DNA of 64,000 nucleotides, taken from Octopus sinensis (Eukaryota). The translations under genes were made by a program, and so were the position numbers. Below the pieces are notes generated by a model, which was given only the letters and a program-made list of their open reading frames with translations, ran no database searches and was not told the origin of the DNA. Position 1 is the first letter of the stretch. Each line of letters opens with the position of its first letter. The stretch spans positions 1 to 64,000 of the forward strand of contig NW_021830463.1 in the NCBI RefSeq assembly GCF_006345805.1. Reading direction: 5' to 3'. Below are positions 37,931 through 52,384 of this stretch, one piece after another.

Positions 37931-38815
37931 GAGAGAGAGATAGACATACAAGAAACAAGCACAGAAAAAGCTAGGCGCATGAAAACCCGTGCCAAAACTG
38001 CGGCCTTAGATATTCTGAATAATAAATGGCAAGAAAAACCTCTCTACGGCAAATACCCAAAGAGAGCGAATAATGCAGATATCGACAAAGCCCTGACCCA
38101 TCAATGGCTAATGGCCTCTGGCTTAAAATCTGAAACAGAGGGGTTTATCATAGCAGCTCAAGATCAATGCCTACCAACAGAAAACTACCAGGCCAACATA
38201 TTAAAGATCAGAAGCAGTCCAACGTGTGTCGTATGCAAGCAACAAATGAAACCATTGACCATGTGGTCTCCAAGTGCAGTCTTCTAGCGCCTACAGCGTA
38301 TCTCAACAGGCACGATAGAGCTGCACAATATATTCACTGGGTAATCTGTAAAAACCTGGATTTGCCCCATGAAAAAAACTGGTGGGAACAAAACCACCCC
38401 CAGTGCTTGAAAATGACCACATCTCACTCCTCTGGAACTTCACCATTCAAACTGACAGGAAGATAGATGCAAATAGGCCAGACATCATATTGAAAGACTT
38501 CAAACAAAGAACATGCCTCCTCATTGATATGACTGTCCCAATCGATATAAACGTATCTGTCAGGACCTACCAAAAACTGAGCAAATATAAAGATTTGAAA
38601 TAGAAATCAGCAAAATGTGGAAGCTGAAGACTAAAACAATACCTGTTGTCATAGGTGCCTGGGAATGATAGCAAAAGGGGCTGATAGCTACCTAACTCAG
38701 ATACCAGGAAACCCAAAAATGGGCAGAAGTTCAAAAGATAGTGCTCATGGGAACTGCTCATATCCTACGCAAAATACTCTATGTAACCTCAAGGTTTAAA
38801 CAACCATAATTTTCG

Positions 38816-38846
<31 letters not shown>

Positions 38847-39014
38847 CTTTTTTTTTTTTTTTTTTTTAGACATTCATTAGTACACATCCCCACCCCCCAA
38901 ATATATGGCACACTAGGCATAACAACAACATGAACTTCCAACCCTGTTGGCTCTTGAGGTCTCTGGGTGAGACTTGGAGCCAACTTGTACAATATAAAGC
39001 AAAAGTCAAACATA

Positions 39015-39016
<2 letters not shown>
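37931..39016 (+). mobile_element. 5'-truncated R4/Dong-clade non-LTR retrotransposon (CCHC plus restriction-like endonuclease) in (TAA)n
   Basis: WQEKPLYGKY, GLKSETEGFIIAAQDQ, C..C...ETIDHVVSKC, RHD, LLWNFTIQTDRKIDANRPDII...LIDMTVP, KYKDL, IPVVIGA; several 1-nt frameshifts; (TAA)n at both ends. Confidence 0.88.
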
Positions 39017-39059
<43 letters not shown>

Positions 39060-39108
39060 TAATGATGATGGTGATAATAATAATAATAATAATAATAATA
39101 ATATAAAA

Positions 39109-39152
<44 letters not shown>

Positions 39153-39219
39153 TGATGATGATGATGATGATGATAATGATAATAATGATGATGATGATGA
39201 TAATAATAATAATAATAAT

Positions 39220-39298
<79 letters not shown>

Positions 39299-39320
39299 GC
39301 GACGATGATGATGATGATGA
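39017..39320. repeat. (TAA)n/(GAT)n array
   Basis: Direct reading. Confidence 0.95.
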
Positions 39321-39639
39321 TAAAACAACAAAAATGTATATAAAACAAATAAGAAAAAAAATAATTAAATCAGTTTATCAAGAAAGTGATTGTAAATTTT
39401 TCCTCCCTTCGGATCTCAAATGTCTCTGGAATAAAAGCGCATATTCAAAATAGCAATCATCACCGCGATACAAGGGAATTTCACAACAAAGGAATGAATC
39501 TGATGAACTTATCATCGAGAATAGATGCAACTTCACCACTTATATGAACATATATATACATATATCTATAAGATAGTTGACTTCCCCATTGATGCTCATA
39601 ATCCAAATAAATAACAATCAGAAGGCGGTGTCCTATAGA

Positions 39640-40460
39640 GTCTAAAATTTGATAAATCTTTTGTTTCGAATGAATCTAACATAGGCAGAGCTATTATTGT
39701 TATGGATGAAAAACTTTACGAAGATGATGTGTTAGAATAATTAACAGAGATGATTAATATGAAAAAGAAAGAAGAAATATAGATAAAATGGTTAGGGATA
39801 ATATAGAATCAATAAGTATCCAGTAAACAAACAGCGAAATCTTTATATATAAAAGTGAGGTTGTGTGCTGTCTGTCTCCTACGATTTAGATTCCTAACTA
39901 CTCCCACATTTTGCGGTGCAGTTTAACCAAAACCGGGTATCTTATAGTCGTGATTCATATCGAGCCCTTCTGGGTATTAGCGCGCATCTACGATGAGTCT
40001 ACGATTTAAATAAAAAATTACCATCAATTTTTTCCATTTTAATGCATTTTTTTGCTATTATATAAGGGAAGTAACTCTCTAAAAATTTATTATTAAATCT
40101 CAGAACGTAAAATGCTACAGTAACACCCCCCTTTGTGGTTAGCCATATTGAGATGGCTATTATACTTTACATCTCTAAAAATGCTTATATAGTTATTTCC
40201 CTTACAAACCCGAGCAACGCCGGGCGATACTGCTAGTTGATTATAAATTTGATTTTAAAATGAGGGAAAGGAATGTCCATGAATTACCAAACGATCGTAA
40301 AAACTTGTTAATACAGAAATTAATCTCTGAACAAAATAATGAGTAGAGAAACTATTTAAATTAACTGAATTTAAAGTGAGAGCCATATTTTTCGGCACCA
40401 CAGGCCCCAATTCAACTCCTGAGTTCCTTTATAAATTTGCTTCTTAAGTCTCTATAGCAA
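39640..40460 (+). pseudogene. Highly decayed RT N-terminal fragment of a second PLE lineage, interrupted by a Helitron-type element
   Basis: NESNIGRAIIVMDEKLYEDDVLE* resembles the ADKG.AIV.MD motif; after the insert, FDFKMRERNVHELP..RK.LLIQKLISEQNNE resembles NFYGLPKIHKS..I...I.EQN.E; KVRAIF..GPNS. Confidence 0.4.
39840..40236 (+). mobile_element. Non-autonomous Helitron-type element
   Basis: A|TCTTTATATATAAAAGT... at the 5' end; CCCGAGCAACGCCGGG hairpin then CTAG|T at the 3' end; inserted between A and T. Confidence 0.8.
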
Positions 40461-40539
40461 AAGAACCTAAGTAACAAATGGCTCGGCGGAACATTTCAGT
40501 TTCCATCAATTGACCTATAAAAGGCGAGAGGAAGCGTCT

Positions 40540-40810
40540 TTCCGAGTCCATAAATTTTATAACATTATTCTCTTAGTCTGTCACCTTATTCATTGTCCAT
40601 GACTTGCACCCATACATGTGAGTTAGAACGCATACTGCTTGGTAGAGGAGAACATTGAATGGATGTTACGATGAATCTGATGCCTAAGATGACCAGGTGT
40701 ATCTGAGATGTTTTAGAGACACCTCATTCAGTGTGCATCTGTTGGAAGTGAAATGTCCCTGAGTTCGTATATCTGAAGTGGAGAAGGTTCGCAATTTGTT
40801 GCTGTTATGC
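40540..40810 (-). pseudogene. Decayed RTE-like LINE RT fragment
   Basis: Minus-strand AVCVLTHMYGCKSWTMNK resembles ACVL.TLLYGCESWT; upstream FRY..TSNRCTLNEV. Confidence 0.4.
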
Positions 40811-43606
40811 TGATAATAACGGGAAAAGTAAAACGTATAAGTTTGCTTTCAGCAGAATATCTAAGTTCAATTCTAAATACTTTCGCTTTTCAAATTTAAT
40901 GGAAGCGGATACAATGACTCACAAGGACTACCATGGTGTCATTTCTCAGGGTAAGGTTTTCAGAATATTGTAGCTCAAAATCCATTCTCATTTATAAACA
41001 CAGACGTTCTCTAGTCATTCATCCAGATGACTGCAATCATAGTTGCAAGATCTTTGTTAAAAAATATATTTATCTTAATTGATACAGGATAATATAAGAC
41101 TGAAAAGAATCGAGACTTGAAACGATTAGTCCTTCAATTACATACATACTTATGTAAGTTATTATTTAGTATAGTCCACTGTTTTAACATGGCTTCCCAG
41201 CGATTGAATTCTATGCAGTTTGAATGCTCATAAAAGAAATACAGATGTGAGAAGTGTGAAGACACCATTGTAAATATGGCATTTGGAAATGTGGATTAGC
41301 TTCTATTGACTGAGATTAGCATTTCAGGTTTGTTTCCCGGCCTCTATATAATACTCCAATATTATGTTGCAACTCTTTATCAGTAATAACTTTGAGTAAA
41401 TCGGCGGTGCATCAGCATGGCCGCAGCTCTGAGCTGAAACTACAGAAAAAAAAGTTTAAGAAAGAGGAGGACATTCGTAAGATCTTCATATAAGTGTATT
41501 TAGTAAGACGTTACAACCTGATCAGTGTTGTATAGAATAAAGGTTTTCCAATACATAATTAGATTCCGTGATTCTCCAAGGGTTCGAGAGAGGAGATGAT
41601 GGAGAAATTTGGAATGGCGTATTTGTTTTTTGAAGAAATGCAATACGGATTAACCACAGACATATGTAACGTTACTTGGATGTCCTTAACGTTAAGTAGT
41701 TTCCAGAGGGCAAAATAATTACCTTTTTAGAAGTTCTGAAAAGCCATGTATTAGTTAATCTAAAAGCTTTCGTCTCAGTGTTGTCTTACGGATGGCCACT
41801 GAATAATAAAAGTGATGCTAACGTAGAAACCTGTCAGACGTTTAGGATCGTAATATCTGGTGTGTTGAGAGTTAAGATGTTTTGATAGCTAGTGATTGCG
41901 ACATTCTACACTCATCTCACTCCAACTAGATTTCGTCATCAACCTCATCATTATCATACCCATCAAAACATGATGATGAGGATGATGATGATGGCGACGA
42001 CGACGATGATGATTATCATCATAATCATGATCATCATCCTCATGATCGTCGTCGTCGTCATCATCTCTTCTTCACCATCATCATTAGTAGCACATCCCGA
42101 TAACGTTTGATGTCTTTTGAGACAAATGGAAACCAATTTTTCTCCAAACAAGCTAAATTAACTTCAGTATACTTTCTGCCATATTTTTACTATTACTAGT
42201 CTTTGGCGAAGATTCAACATATTTTTCTCATGCTAATTAACCACACAATTTAGATATGGCGATTCTCTCTACCAAAAATCCCTAATGCGCAGAATACTCT
42301 CTTATCTATTTAGACGTCATTACCTCAACCAAATCGCGTTTGACTATTGAAGACACCTGATACCTCTTCTGTGATATATGCGATATATTTGCCAACACTT
42401 TGCAGCATTTTAAAAAGGTCACAAGCTATTATCATTCGTAGCATGCGGCGTAGGTTCAATTTCAATTTTTCCTTGAAGCATTTCAGCTTGAAGTGTTTGT
42501 AATAATTTTCTTTAAGTATTTCTGGTAATCCATGTCCCTGTGATATAAAAATCATAATTAATAATATAACGGAGAGTCTTTTCACACACTCAACGATATT
42601 AGTGTACAAGCATTTTATGTACTGACTCGCAAGAATTTAATAGCTTTTGAACGTTTATATCATGTGATATAATCATTATCATTTCAATGGAAATCATATG
42701 GCACTTTGAACGGAAATATATATATATTGTGTTGAAATTTTATGCCAAGAAATAATATAAAATCATGATAAGACTACTTCTAGGTGAAAAATACGACTTT
42801 CTGTGTACATTATCCAATGACACAATCACTAGAAACATCTTATCGGGATACGAGAAGTTACAGTAGACCAGAATCTTTATTTGTCGAATTACACAACTTA
42901 CCCTCCCACAGTAAAATGGAAACTCAGTTTAATAAGTAGTTAAGAACTTTTGTATGGATACTAAAGATTGTTCGTTTCATTCTTAGATGAGAAAAAGCTC
43001 CATCAGCATTTGGTTTCAAGTTGTAAATGCATTTTTTTAACAGATGCAATGAATCCAAATCTAATGAAGGCATAATGTCGTTAATGATAATGCAACTTTC
43101 ACGCCTTTCTTCTTGCGAACATAAATGGCATGATTGAAATATCTCAAAATCTTAAAGTCCGTTACCCGTTGCCATACTTGTTGGATTACAATGTGAATAA
43201 TGGCAGACAAGAGAAGCAGACAAGCTAATGAGTAAGCCTTTTTATATAATCTCTTGACATGCTAGATATAATAAAGCAATTCAACCAAATCATATTCTAC
43301 TACCTTTATAATGATTAGAAGTAAATTTCAGATGAGTTTCTTCCAAGTTATAAATAAATATATTTTGAATACATACGAGGATATATATTCAGTGAAAGGT
43401 TCATGCAACCAGGGAGTGTATGGCTTTCAAATGTTTCTCATTCTTAACATAAATGGAATAAATATAACATCTACAATTGCTAGATCTTGGTGCCCTTAAC
43501 CGTAATTAGCTTCAACATCATTTAATTTTCACAAGCACGGAAACTATATAAGCAATAGAGGAGGCCATTTGTAGTTACTTATAATGGTAGAAATGGCAGT
43601 AGAATT

Positions 43607-43780
43607 AAGGCGGCGAGCTGGCAGACAAGACACATTGACACGCCGGGCGAAATGGTTAGCTTGTTTTTCGTCTTTCTTTACGTTCTTAGTTCAAATCCCG
43701 CCGAGGTCGACTTTGCTTTTCATCCTTTCGGATTAAGTCGAATATATCGACCCCCGTCCGTAACTGGTACTTATTTAATT
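43607..43780 (+). mobile_element. SINE family C
   Basis: AAGGCGGCGAGCTGGCAG...GTTCAAATCCCGCCGAGGTCGACTTTGC. Confidence 0.8.
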
Positions 43781-43789
43781 GGTGTCAAG

Positions 43790-44090
43790 CGATGTTGGTG
43801 GTACAAACACAGATACACAAACATATGCACAAACACACACACACACAACACACACACACATTATATATATATATGTACATATATACGATGGGCTTCTTTC
43901 AGTTTCCGTCTACCAAATCCATTCACAAGGCTCTGGTCGACCCGAGGCTATAGTAGAAACACTTGCCCAAGTTGCCACGCAGTGGGACTGAACCCGGAAC
44001 AAAAAATAATAATAATAAATTATCTAGAACTTGCTGCCCCCCGGAATGGCTGCAGGCTAGTGACCGAAACAAGTAAAAGAAAAACAAAAA
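43790..44090 (-). mobile_element. SINE family B, partial and rearranged
   Basis: GTCAAGCGATGTTGG...GGCTTCTTTCAGTTTCCGTCTACC...GCAGTGGGACTGAACCCGG. Confidence 0.7.
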
Positions 44091-44638
44091 AAGGAAAGAA
44101 AAAGAGGCTCTAATCAAAGTGTGGATAATCCTTTTAATTCCAGACACACGGTTATATCTGAAATTAATTGCAATATTAGGGTCAGGTAATGAGCCTTTAA
44201 TTTTATAAATTTATAGAAATGCAACTTGTATAATAATCCTATCTCTTATTTTAAGTCAAAGATGATTTCATTTACACATGAATATGTTACAAATTTGATC
44301 GGTGTGACGATTGAGATTTAAGCGCGGACGAATCTATCCTGAGACGTGCAGTCAACCACATCTATTCTAAATCGTCATTTGATCTACCAAAAGCAGTAGT
44401 GAAATCATTCTGTAATTCAGTTATAGTAATTAACACCATTCACTACCCACCACCAAAAAGGAACAAGATGAGACTTTAGGTAATAAATGTTGGCCTAATT
44501 AAGTTCTCCTAAGAATTAATGAACGGTTGGTCTCCTTAATTATAAGACAACGAAGTACCTGTTTTTAAGGGCATGTGCATCTCATTCTCTCTATCTCTGT
44601 CTCTGTCTGTCTGTCTCTCTCTCTCTATATATATATAA

Positions 44639-44690
<52 letters not shown>

Positions 44691-44852
44691 TGTGTGTGTG
44701 TGCAGTTGAGGTTATAAGAGATAATGTTGTCATTGAGAACCAAAGGTGTTAGGTAATGCTGAATAAGTGCTATAGACAGACCATAGTTAAGTTCCAGATT
44801 CGGTAATATTGCAAATAAAGGGTTCAATGTTGGTTCTATGTCAGCGTGTGTG

Positions 44853-44989
44853 TATAAGAATTTTTTTTGCGTAATAAGATAAAAACCAAGGCTGTATAGA
44901 TATTAGAGCATTTATAGATAGAATGTCCTATAAATGCTCTAATATCTACAGACTTGGCTTTTTATCTTATTACGCAAAAAATTCTTATA
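44853..44989. repeat. AT-rich fold-back, ~63-bp arms and 10-nt loop
   Basis: TATAAGAATTTTT..GCGTAATAAGATAAAAA...TATTAGAGCATTTATAG / CTATAAATGCTCTAATA...TTTTTATCTTATTACGC..AAAAATTCTTATA. Confidence 0.85.
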
Positions 44990-45001
44990 TATATATATAT
45001 A

Positions 45002-45393
45002 TGTATACGAGCAAAAGGCCACCTCCGTCCAACGGACGGTGCTGAGTTGTCAAACATTTAAACCAAATTTTCTCAAAACAACTTGTCCGACCGTCCCATA
45101 GGCCTCCCCTTTGAGAAACACTGATTTAACCTAAATTTGAGATACCAGCAAAAGACGAAATAAAGATAGACATTATTTTCTATTCCAAGAAAAACGATTT
45201 TACAAATGCACGTTCTCACGGCTTTATCGATCGCATTCACACCTGGAATCGATTTTTGTAATTTTTTCAAGACTTATACAGGCCCTGATACCGTCGATAT
45301 CTACATATCAAATTTGAGCGCAATCGGATGGAAGATGCCCGCGATCCTAGAAGACACACACACAGACAGACAGAGCGGATTTTATATAATAGA
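45002..45393 (-). mobile_element. Probable non-autonomous Helitron-like element
   Basis: Minus-strand 5' A|TCTATTATATAAAA..CTGTCTGTCTGTGTGTG; subterminal hairpin CCGTCC GTT GGACGG; ends CTCG|T, not CTAG. Confidence 0.5.
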
Positions 45394-45426
45394 TATATAA
45401 TACATACATACATACATACATACATA

Positions 45427-45594
45427 TAGGCGCAGGAGTGGCTGTGTGGTAAGTAGCTTGCTTACCAACCGCATGGTTTTGGGTTCAGTTCCACAGCGTG
45501 GCACCTTGGGCAAGTGTCTTCTACTATAGCCTCGGGCCGACCAATGCCTTGTGAGTGGATTTGGTAGACGGAAACTGAAAAGAAGCCCGTTGTA

Positions 45595-45631
<37 letters not shown>

Positions 45632-45792
45632 GTGTATTTTCCCCCTAGCATTGCTTGACAACCGATGCTGGTGTGTTTATGTCCCCGTTACTTAGCGGTT
45701 CGGCAAAAGAGACCGATAGAATAAGTACTGGGCTTACAAAAAGAATAAGTCCCGCAGTCAAAATGTCTGAAACAAGTAAAAGAGTAAAAGAG
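45427..45792 (+). mobile_element. SINE family B, near full length
   Basis: Full head and 3' end; internal deletion near the 3' end. Confidence 0.9.
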
Positions 45793-46757
45793 TATACATA
45801 CATACATACATACATGTATATAGTACGTATCACGAAATTATTTGAATATTAATTTGTTGGATCACTGCATGAAGAACAACAATTTCAACAGCAGAAACTG
45901 CAGCAGCAGCAACAGCAGCAACGGCGGCTGATGCTGTCTGATAGGAAATATGAAACCAAAGTTGCAGATTGAAAAATCCAACCAACCAACCAACCAACCA
46001 ACCAACCAAGGAACGAACCAACCAGCCAACCGACCGACCGACCGACCAGCCCACCAACCAGTCAACCAACAAACCAACGATTCCACCATCACCCCCTGCA
46101 ACTCTCACTTCTGTCACCACTAACATAAACACAACCCTCACGGCTCTCCGTTTCCAACATGAAACAAACAAACAAAAAAATAATAATATAAAATTAAATA
46201 ACATAAAGTAGAAGAAAAGAAAAGTAACAACAAAGACAAACAAGGGTAAAAAAAAAATAACAATAAAGACAGGAACGTCCATATTGGATTTTGAATTTTA
46301 TATTTTGTTTCGTTCTAGTTTAATTATTTTCCTTCCGTTCGTTGAAGAATTATTTTTTTGTAGTATTTAATTTTATTAACTCCCCTCCCGCCAGCTAATG
46401 ACCTTAAGTGTCAATAATATTAAAATGTTATTAATTTCAACTATTTTAATCATAATCATTTGATATTTGCTGACAAAGCCATTTTATTTCAGTTCAGCTT
46501 TAATTCATTCATCATTTATTCAGTTAATTATTTATATAGTAATTATTTAGTTTGTTATTCATTTTATTTATATGTTTATTTTGTTTGCACTTATCATATT
46601 TATTATTGTCACTATTATTATTATCATCATTATTATTATTATTATTATTTTGTCGTATTTGTTACCATTTTTTAAAAAATATTTATTTTGGTTTTCGTTT
46701 CATGTTTGTTATATTTTTTAAAGTCTGTCAGTTTGTTTTCGTTTATTATTATTATTA

Positions 46758-46824
<67 letters not shown>

Positions 46825-46955
46825 CATTATTATTATTATTGTTATTGTATTTATGCAGATTTTTGTTTTATTTATTTTTGTTATTTTTCTTCCTGACTGA
46901 AACCATATTAATCTATTGCGATTTAGAAGACACACATACACTCACATACACACAC

Positions 46956-46990
<35 letters not shown>

Positions 46991-47012
46991 CGCATATGAA
47001 TAGATAGTCCTA

Positions 47013-47058
<46 letters not shown>

Positions 47059-47462
47059 CACACATACACACACATATATATATATATACATATATTCATT
47101 TATATGCATATATATATACATATATATATTTTCCTATCTATGCATATGTATACCTCTCTGTGTGTATATATATATATATATATATGTATATGCATGAATG
47201 TATGTATATATTATATATACACAATCTGCAAATACTCACACGCTATGACAAAACTATGATAATACACATACGCGGAGACAAAGGGGATCATACGCATTAC
47301 CGATACAAAATTACAATGAAACTCAGTCAGAGACACATACACACACACACATAAACACAGACATGCATATCGCACACATACGTGCAAAAACAAAAACAAA
47401 AATTCATATATATACACATACATAGACGCACACGCAGCGCAGTAGCAAAAACTACAAGTATC

Positions 47463-47494
<32 letters not shown>

Positions 47495-48090
47495 AACAAT
47501 AACAACAAAACAGAAAGAATTCATAATTACAAGCCTGTTTACATTGACAAGTATTACCTGTTTTGAAAATAGCTAATAAACTGTAAATTATCGATTCTAA
47601 ATCAATAATCACTCAGAATGAAATAAACTCATTTTGTAATAATTTTTTTTTTAAACATAATATTTATATTTTGCTTCATATTGTTATTTTTTAATTATTA
47701 TATAATGGCTAACTTGCTTCGGCTTCATTTAATTCTCATTAATTGACACCAGTATATAAAATGAAATAAATAAATATAAAAATAATTTGAAATAAAGGAA
47801 AAAAAAAATTATCAGAAAACATTCAATACAATGATATTGTATCATTGATGTTCTGTTGATATTATTGATACTATTATCACAGTTGTTTTTGTTTTTGTTT
47901 ATCAATAACAAAGAGCTCAACATAGATTTATTTATTTATTTATTTATTTATTTAGTTAGTTAGTTATGTATTTATTTTTTATAGTACCAACATCATGATT
48001 AGTGATCTGAAATTGTGCGGTATTTATAGACAGTCAAGTGATGGCTACAAACACTAAGCATATATTGTCTTCCAAAGCATAGAAATGCGC

Positions 48091-48144
<54 letters not shown>

Positions 48145-48149
48145 TATTT

Positions 48150-48303
48150 TTTCTCTCCTTGATTTTTTTCTGTGTCCCTTTCTGTAGAAGAGCGTAGGCT
48201 CGAAACGTAAAAGACTTTTCCAAATCCTGAGCGTTTACTAATACATCTGTTTGTTTTTGTACATCACCTGTCTTCCACTTTTGTGTTTTTTCGTGAACTC
48301 TCC

Positions 48304-48305
<2 letters not shown>
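48150..48305 (+). mobile_element. Short HHR-bearing element, family 2, second copy
   Basis: CTTT-CTGTAGA-A-GAGC GTAG GCTC-GAAA-C-GTA-AAAG at 48178-48213; downstream CTGAGCG..TACTAATACA..TGTTTGTT shared with the 8095 copy. Confidence 0.6.
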
Positions 48306-48360
<55 letters not shown>

Positions 48361-49050
48361 GCACATATTTGTGGCCGCGGTCTTGTTTTGAGGAATGACG
48401 TTGGCCTTGATTTGTGGATCAAGGTACTATTTCATCGTATGAAACCGTTGCGCAGATGTTAATCCTGTAAAATTTCCACCAATGCGTGTTCACACGGGTT
48501 CTCTTTGCCCATACGCATATAGATCATTATGTGAACTTATGAGACTTAAAAGACCACAATTTAATTTAGGTTGGTTGATTCTCTCAATCTTGACACTTTA
48601 TGACAAAGGCAACGAATTCTGTCTTCTCTGTAATTCTGAACTATGTTTTATTCTTTTTTCTAAAACTCCCCTTGTAAACACGGTTATAGAGCATGCATAC
48701 CGATGTAAACATTGGCAGAAACATACCTTTAGTTCATATAATTGATATCTATCATTGTATATAATTTAAACACTTTTTGCGGCAAGCGAATCGATATTAA
48801 CCAGTGTCGCATTTCGTAAGACCGTCCGGCAGATATGCACAAGTGCAAATATACACATATACTCCCGTCGACGCACATACAGGAACATATACCACATATT
48901 AAGCATATATACATATATGCACATGCATACATACACTCACATATGCGACATATGATATATATATCTATATATATATCTATACATATATATATATATACAC
49001 GTGCATACAACACATATATATATATATAGATAGATACTTACATATATACT

Positions 49051-49195
49051 CTTTTACTCGTTTATTCTATCGTACTCTGTTGCCGAACCGGTAAGTTACG
49101 GGTACGTAAACACACCAGCATCGTTTGTAAAGCGATGTTGCGGGGGGGACAACACAGACACACAAATATACACACACACACACACACGCACACAC

Positions 49196-49263
<68 letters not shown>

Positions 49264-49434
49264 TAGATATATATACATAACATATATACGACGGGCTTCT
49301 TTCAGTTTCTATCTACCAAATCCACTCGCAATGCTTTGGTCGGCCCGAGGCTATAGTAGAAGACACTTGCCCAAGGTGCCACGCAGTGAGACTGAACCCG
49401 GAACCGTGCGGTTCGTAAGCAACCTACTTACCAC
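49051..49434 (-). mobile_element. SINE family B
   Basis: Reverse-complement match with internal microsatellite. Confidence 0.8.
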
Positions 49435-49883
49435 TTTTACGGCTATATATATATATATTATATATATATATATATATGTACATCCACATACAAATGTCGC
49501 AAGTAAGTCTGATTAGGTAATAAACTCAGGCCAGCTCTTCTCTAGCTTTACCAGTACATATCCGTATTTGTGGCTGCTCTGGACGTGATCTCCCGTTAGC
49601 TAAAATACGTTTGTGACATATTTCTAAACAAAAATTTACTGCACTCACCCTAGAGAAAAAAATTCGTGTATGTTAAAAGGTGTAAAATAATCATATTCGC
49701 TCAGTGTCTTCTCCTAGCGGACTGCTATTTGTGTTTCTAGGTCTCTTGCCTTTCTCAGTAGGAAACAGCGAAAATATATTTTTGCTCCATGATAAATGCA
49801 GTGAATTCCTCTTTGGAGGTAGAAATATGTTACATATTTTAAGTTACATAATGTTCTTATATATATATATATATAGATATTTG

Positions 49884-49931
<48 letters not shown>

Positions 49932-49946
49932 CGTATGCACACATAT

Positions 49947-50441
49947 CTCTTTTACTTGTTTCCGTCACTTGACTGTGGCCAGGCTGGTGCACAGCATTCA
50001 GTCGAACACATCGCTAGGACGTAAACTCGCCAACATCTGTTGCCAAGCGATGGTGGGAGGACATACAAAAACATACACACGCACATACTCACACACACAC
50101 ACACATATATATGACGGACTTTCAATTTCCGTCTACCAAATCCTCTCACAAGGCTTTGGTCGACCCGAGGCTATAGTAGAAGACACTTGTCCAAGGTGCC
50201 ACACAGTGGGACTGAACCTGGAACCATGTGGTTGTGAAGCAAGCTACTTACCAGACAGCCAGATTAGCAGAAGAAATTAATGACCAGTGGATAAGTGTTT
50301 AGAAGATAGTTTTGGAAGATACCAAATCCACTTACAAAGCTTTGGTCAACCCGAGGCCACAGTAGAAGACACACAGGTTGCTACGCAGTGGGACTGAACC
50401 CGGGACCATGGGGTTGGCAAGCAAACTACTTACTCCACAGC
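49947..50441 (-). mobile_element. SINE family B (49947-50261) plus a second head fragment (50323-50441)
   Basis: Reverse-complement matches. Confidence 0.75.
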
Positions 50442-51650
50442 CCCAACTGTGCCTAAATCTTTTCTTCATTCGGATTCACATGGCTTTGCATACACTAGCT
50501 AACGATGGAGAATTACTAGAATACTAGCGAATTCACCCTCGAAGCACACTTTCTATTGAAGAGTATAGCTATATATATTATATAAGGTAGGATGCCCAGG
50601 TGTGCACCAACTTTGATCTTGAGAATGGTCCACGAAATTAGAAACAAATACTACAGATACTACTACTTGCTTTGTTACAACGTCTGCTGCGCAGTATTTC
50701 AAGATATGATTCTTTTTAGTGTAATCAGAGAATTGCATAACCATTTGCATATTCTAGGAGCTATCCTTCTTTGTCACCGACTAATTACAAAATCACCTGC
50801 TACGTTTGGAGCAGTTGATAATTCCTAGTGTTTGATTTTATTTTGTGTATTTGACTTCTGATATAGACCAGGGCATGTCAATTGTGTTTTTAATATTCTG
50901 TTTGCACCGAATACGAAAGATTGGTCTTCTTTTTATAGTTTTCTTCCGAAGCGTGTCTCTTCCCGAGAGTCTATAGGCTGCCTATGCATTACTAATGACA
51001 GCCAGTGGGGAACCATCTTAAATACTTGGATGCTCAAAGATTCTGTGTCCTGTAGCCATATTGTACTACTGGCATTTAACAAAGTCTTTACCATTTAGTA
51101 AAGCACCTCTGCGACGCCTTTGGTAATGTATGTACATACAGATGTATAGCGGTCTAATAGAAAAATTACTTCACTTACATGTACATCAATGTGGTGGCTT
51201 AAATCTGAGGATTATGTATCTGAGATTATTTTATGAATTCTGTGTGACAATGCATTGGTATTTCTTTGCTATTCAATTTGCTTATATGATGCGCGTGCGA
51301 GCAGAGTATGCAAGTGCCGTCTTTAATGTATGAATATTATGTTTGTTATGTACGAGTAGTTGAACACATCGATTCTTGTAATACCAGCAGTGATGTTTGT
51401 TTCGGATTTTGTCATGTCAGACGAAATCGAGCATCAGAATATGGATATTTGAAAAGTATTAGTTAAGTCTGATCACAAATGCATTTACTTTATCTACCGT
51501 ACGCCATTTTTATATTTACTTAAGCTTATTCCGCAAAACATTTCAGTTTTAAACTGCTCGTAATTACCAATGCAACTTCCAATCTCCAAATTCTTTTCTT
51601 TCTTTCCTATTCAAATACTAGAGCACGCATACAACAACAAGCACATTTAC

Positions 51651-51687
<37 letters not shown>

Positions 51688-51989
51688 TATATTATATATA
51701 TAATTATATATATATATATATATCTATGTAAATGTATTTCTTGAACCTATACCTATTGTTATATGTATATAAATATGAATGGAAATTGGCATTTTATGAT
51801 CTTTCCGTGGATGATAGCTTTAAAATGTTGCTTGTCTCTCATAAACTATCATTTTGTTGTTGAATAGAATTTGACATAAACAGTTTTGTGCAGTAAAATT
51901 TATTACCTCTTCACGGTCATACAGGGACCTCTAAATAAATTTATATACATACGTACACACACGTTCACATAGATACACATTTATAAACT

Positions 51990-52111
51990 CATATATGTAA
52001 GTACGTAGATAAACACTACATGTATACGTATCAATACACACACACACACACACACACAAACACACATATATATATGTATGTATGTATGTATGTATATATT
52101 TGTCCATGTAT

Positions 52112-52163
<52 letters not shown>

Positions 52164-52332
52164 GTATATATATATGCATATATATATATATGTGTATACA
52201 TACACAAACACACACACATACATATATATATGTATGTATGTATATATGTGTCGATGCATGTATATATATATGTATATGTGTATATATATATATGCATATA
52301 TATATATATGTGTGTGTGTGTATACATACACA

Positions 52333-52384
<52 letters not shown>

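Noticed and set aside
42100-42900. Weak resemblance of the minus-strand peptide (LKENY...IIACDLFKML) to Chapaev3-like transposases
   Set aside because: Too degenerate; the diagnostic downstream motifs are not recoverable.
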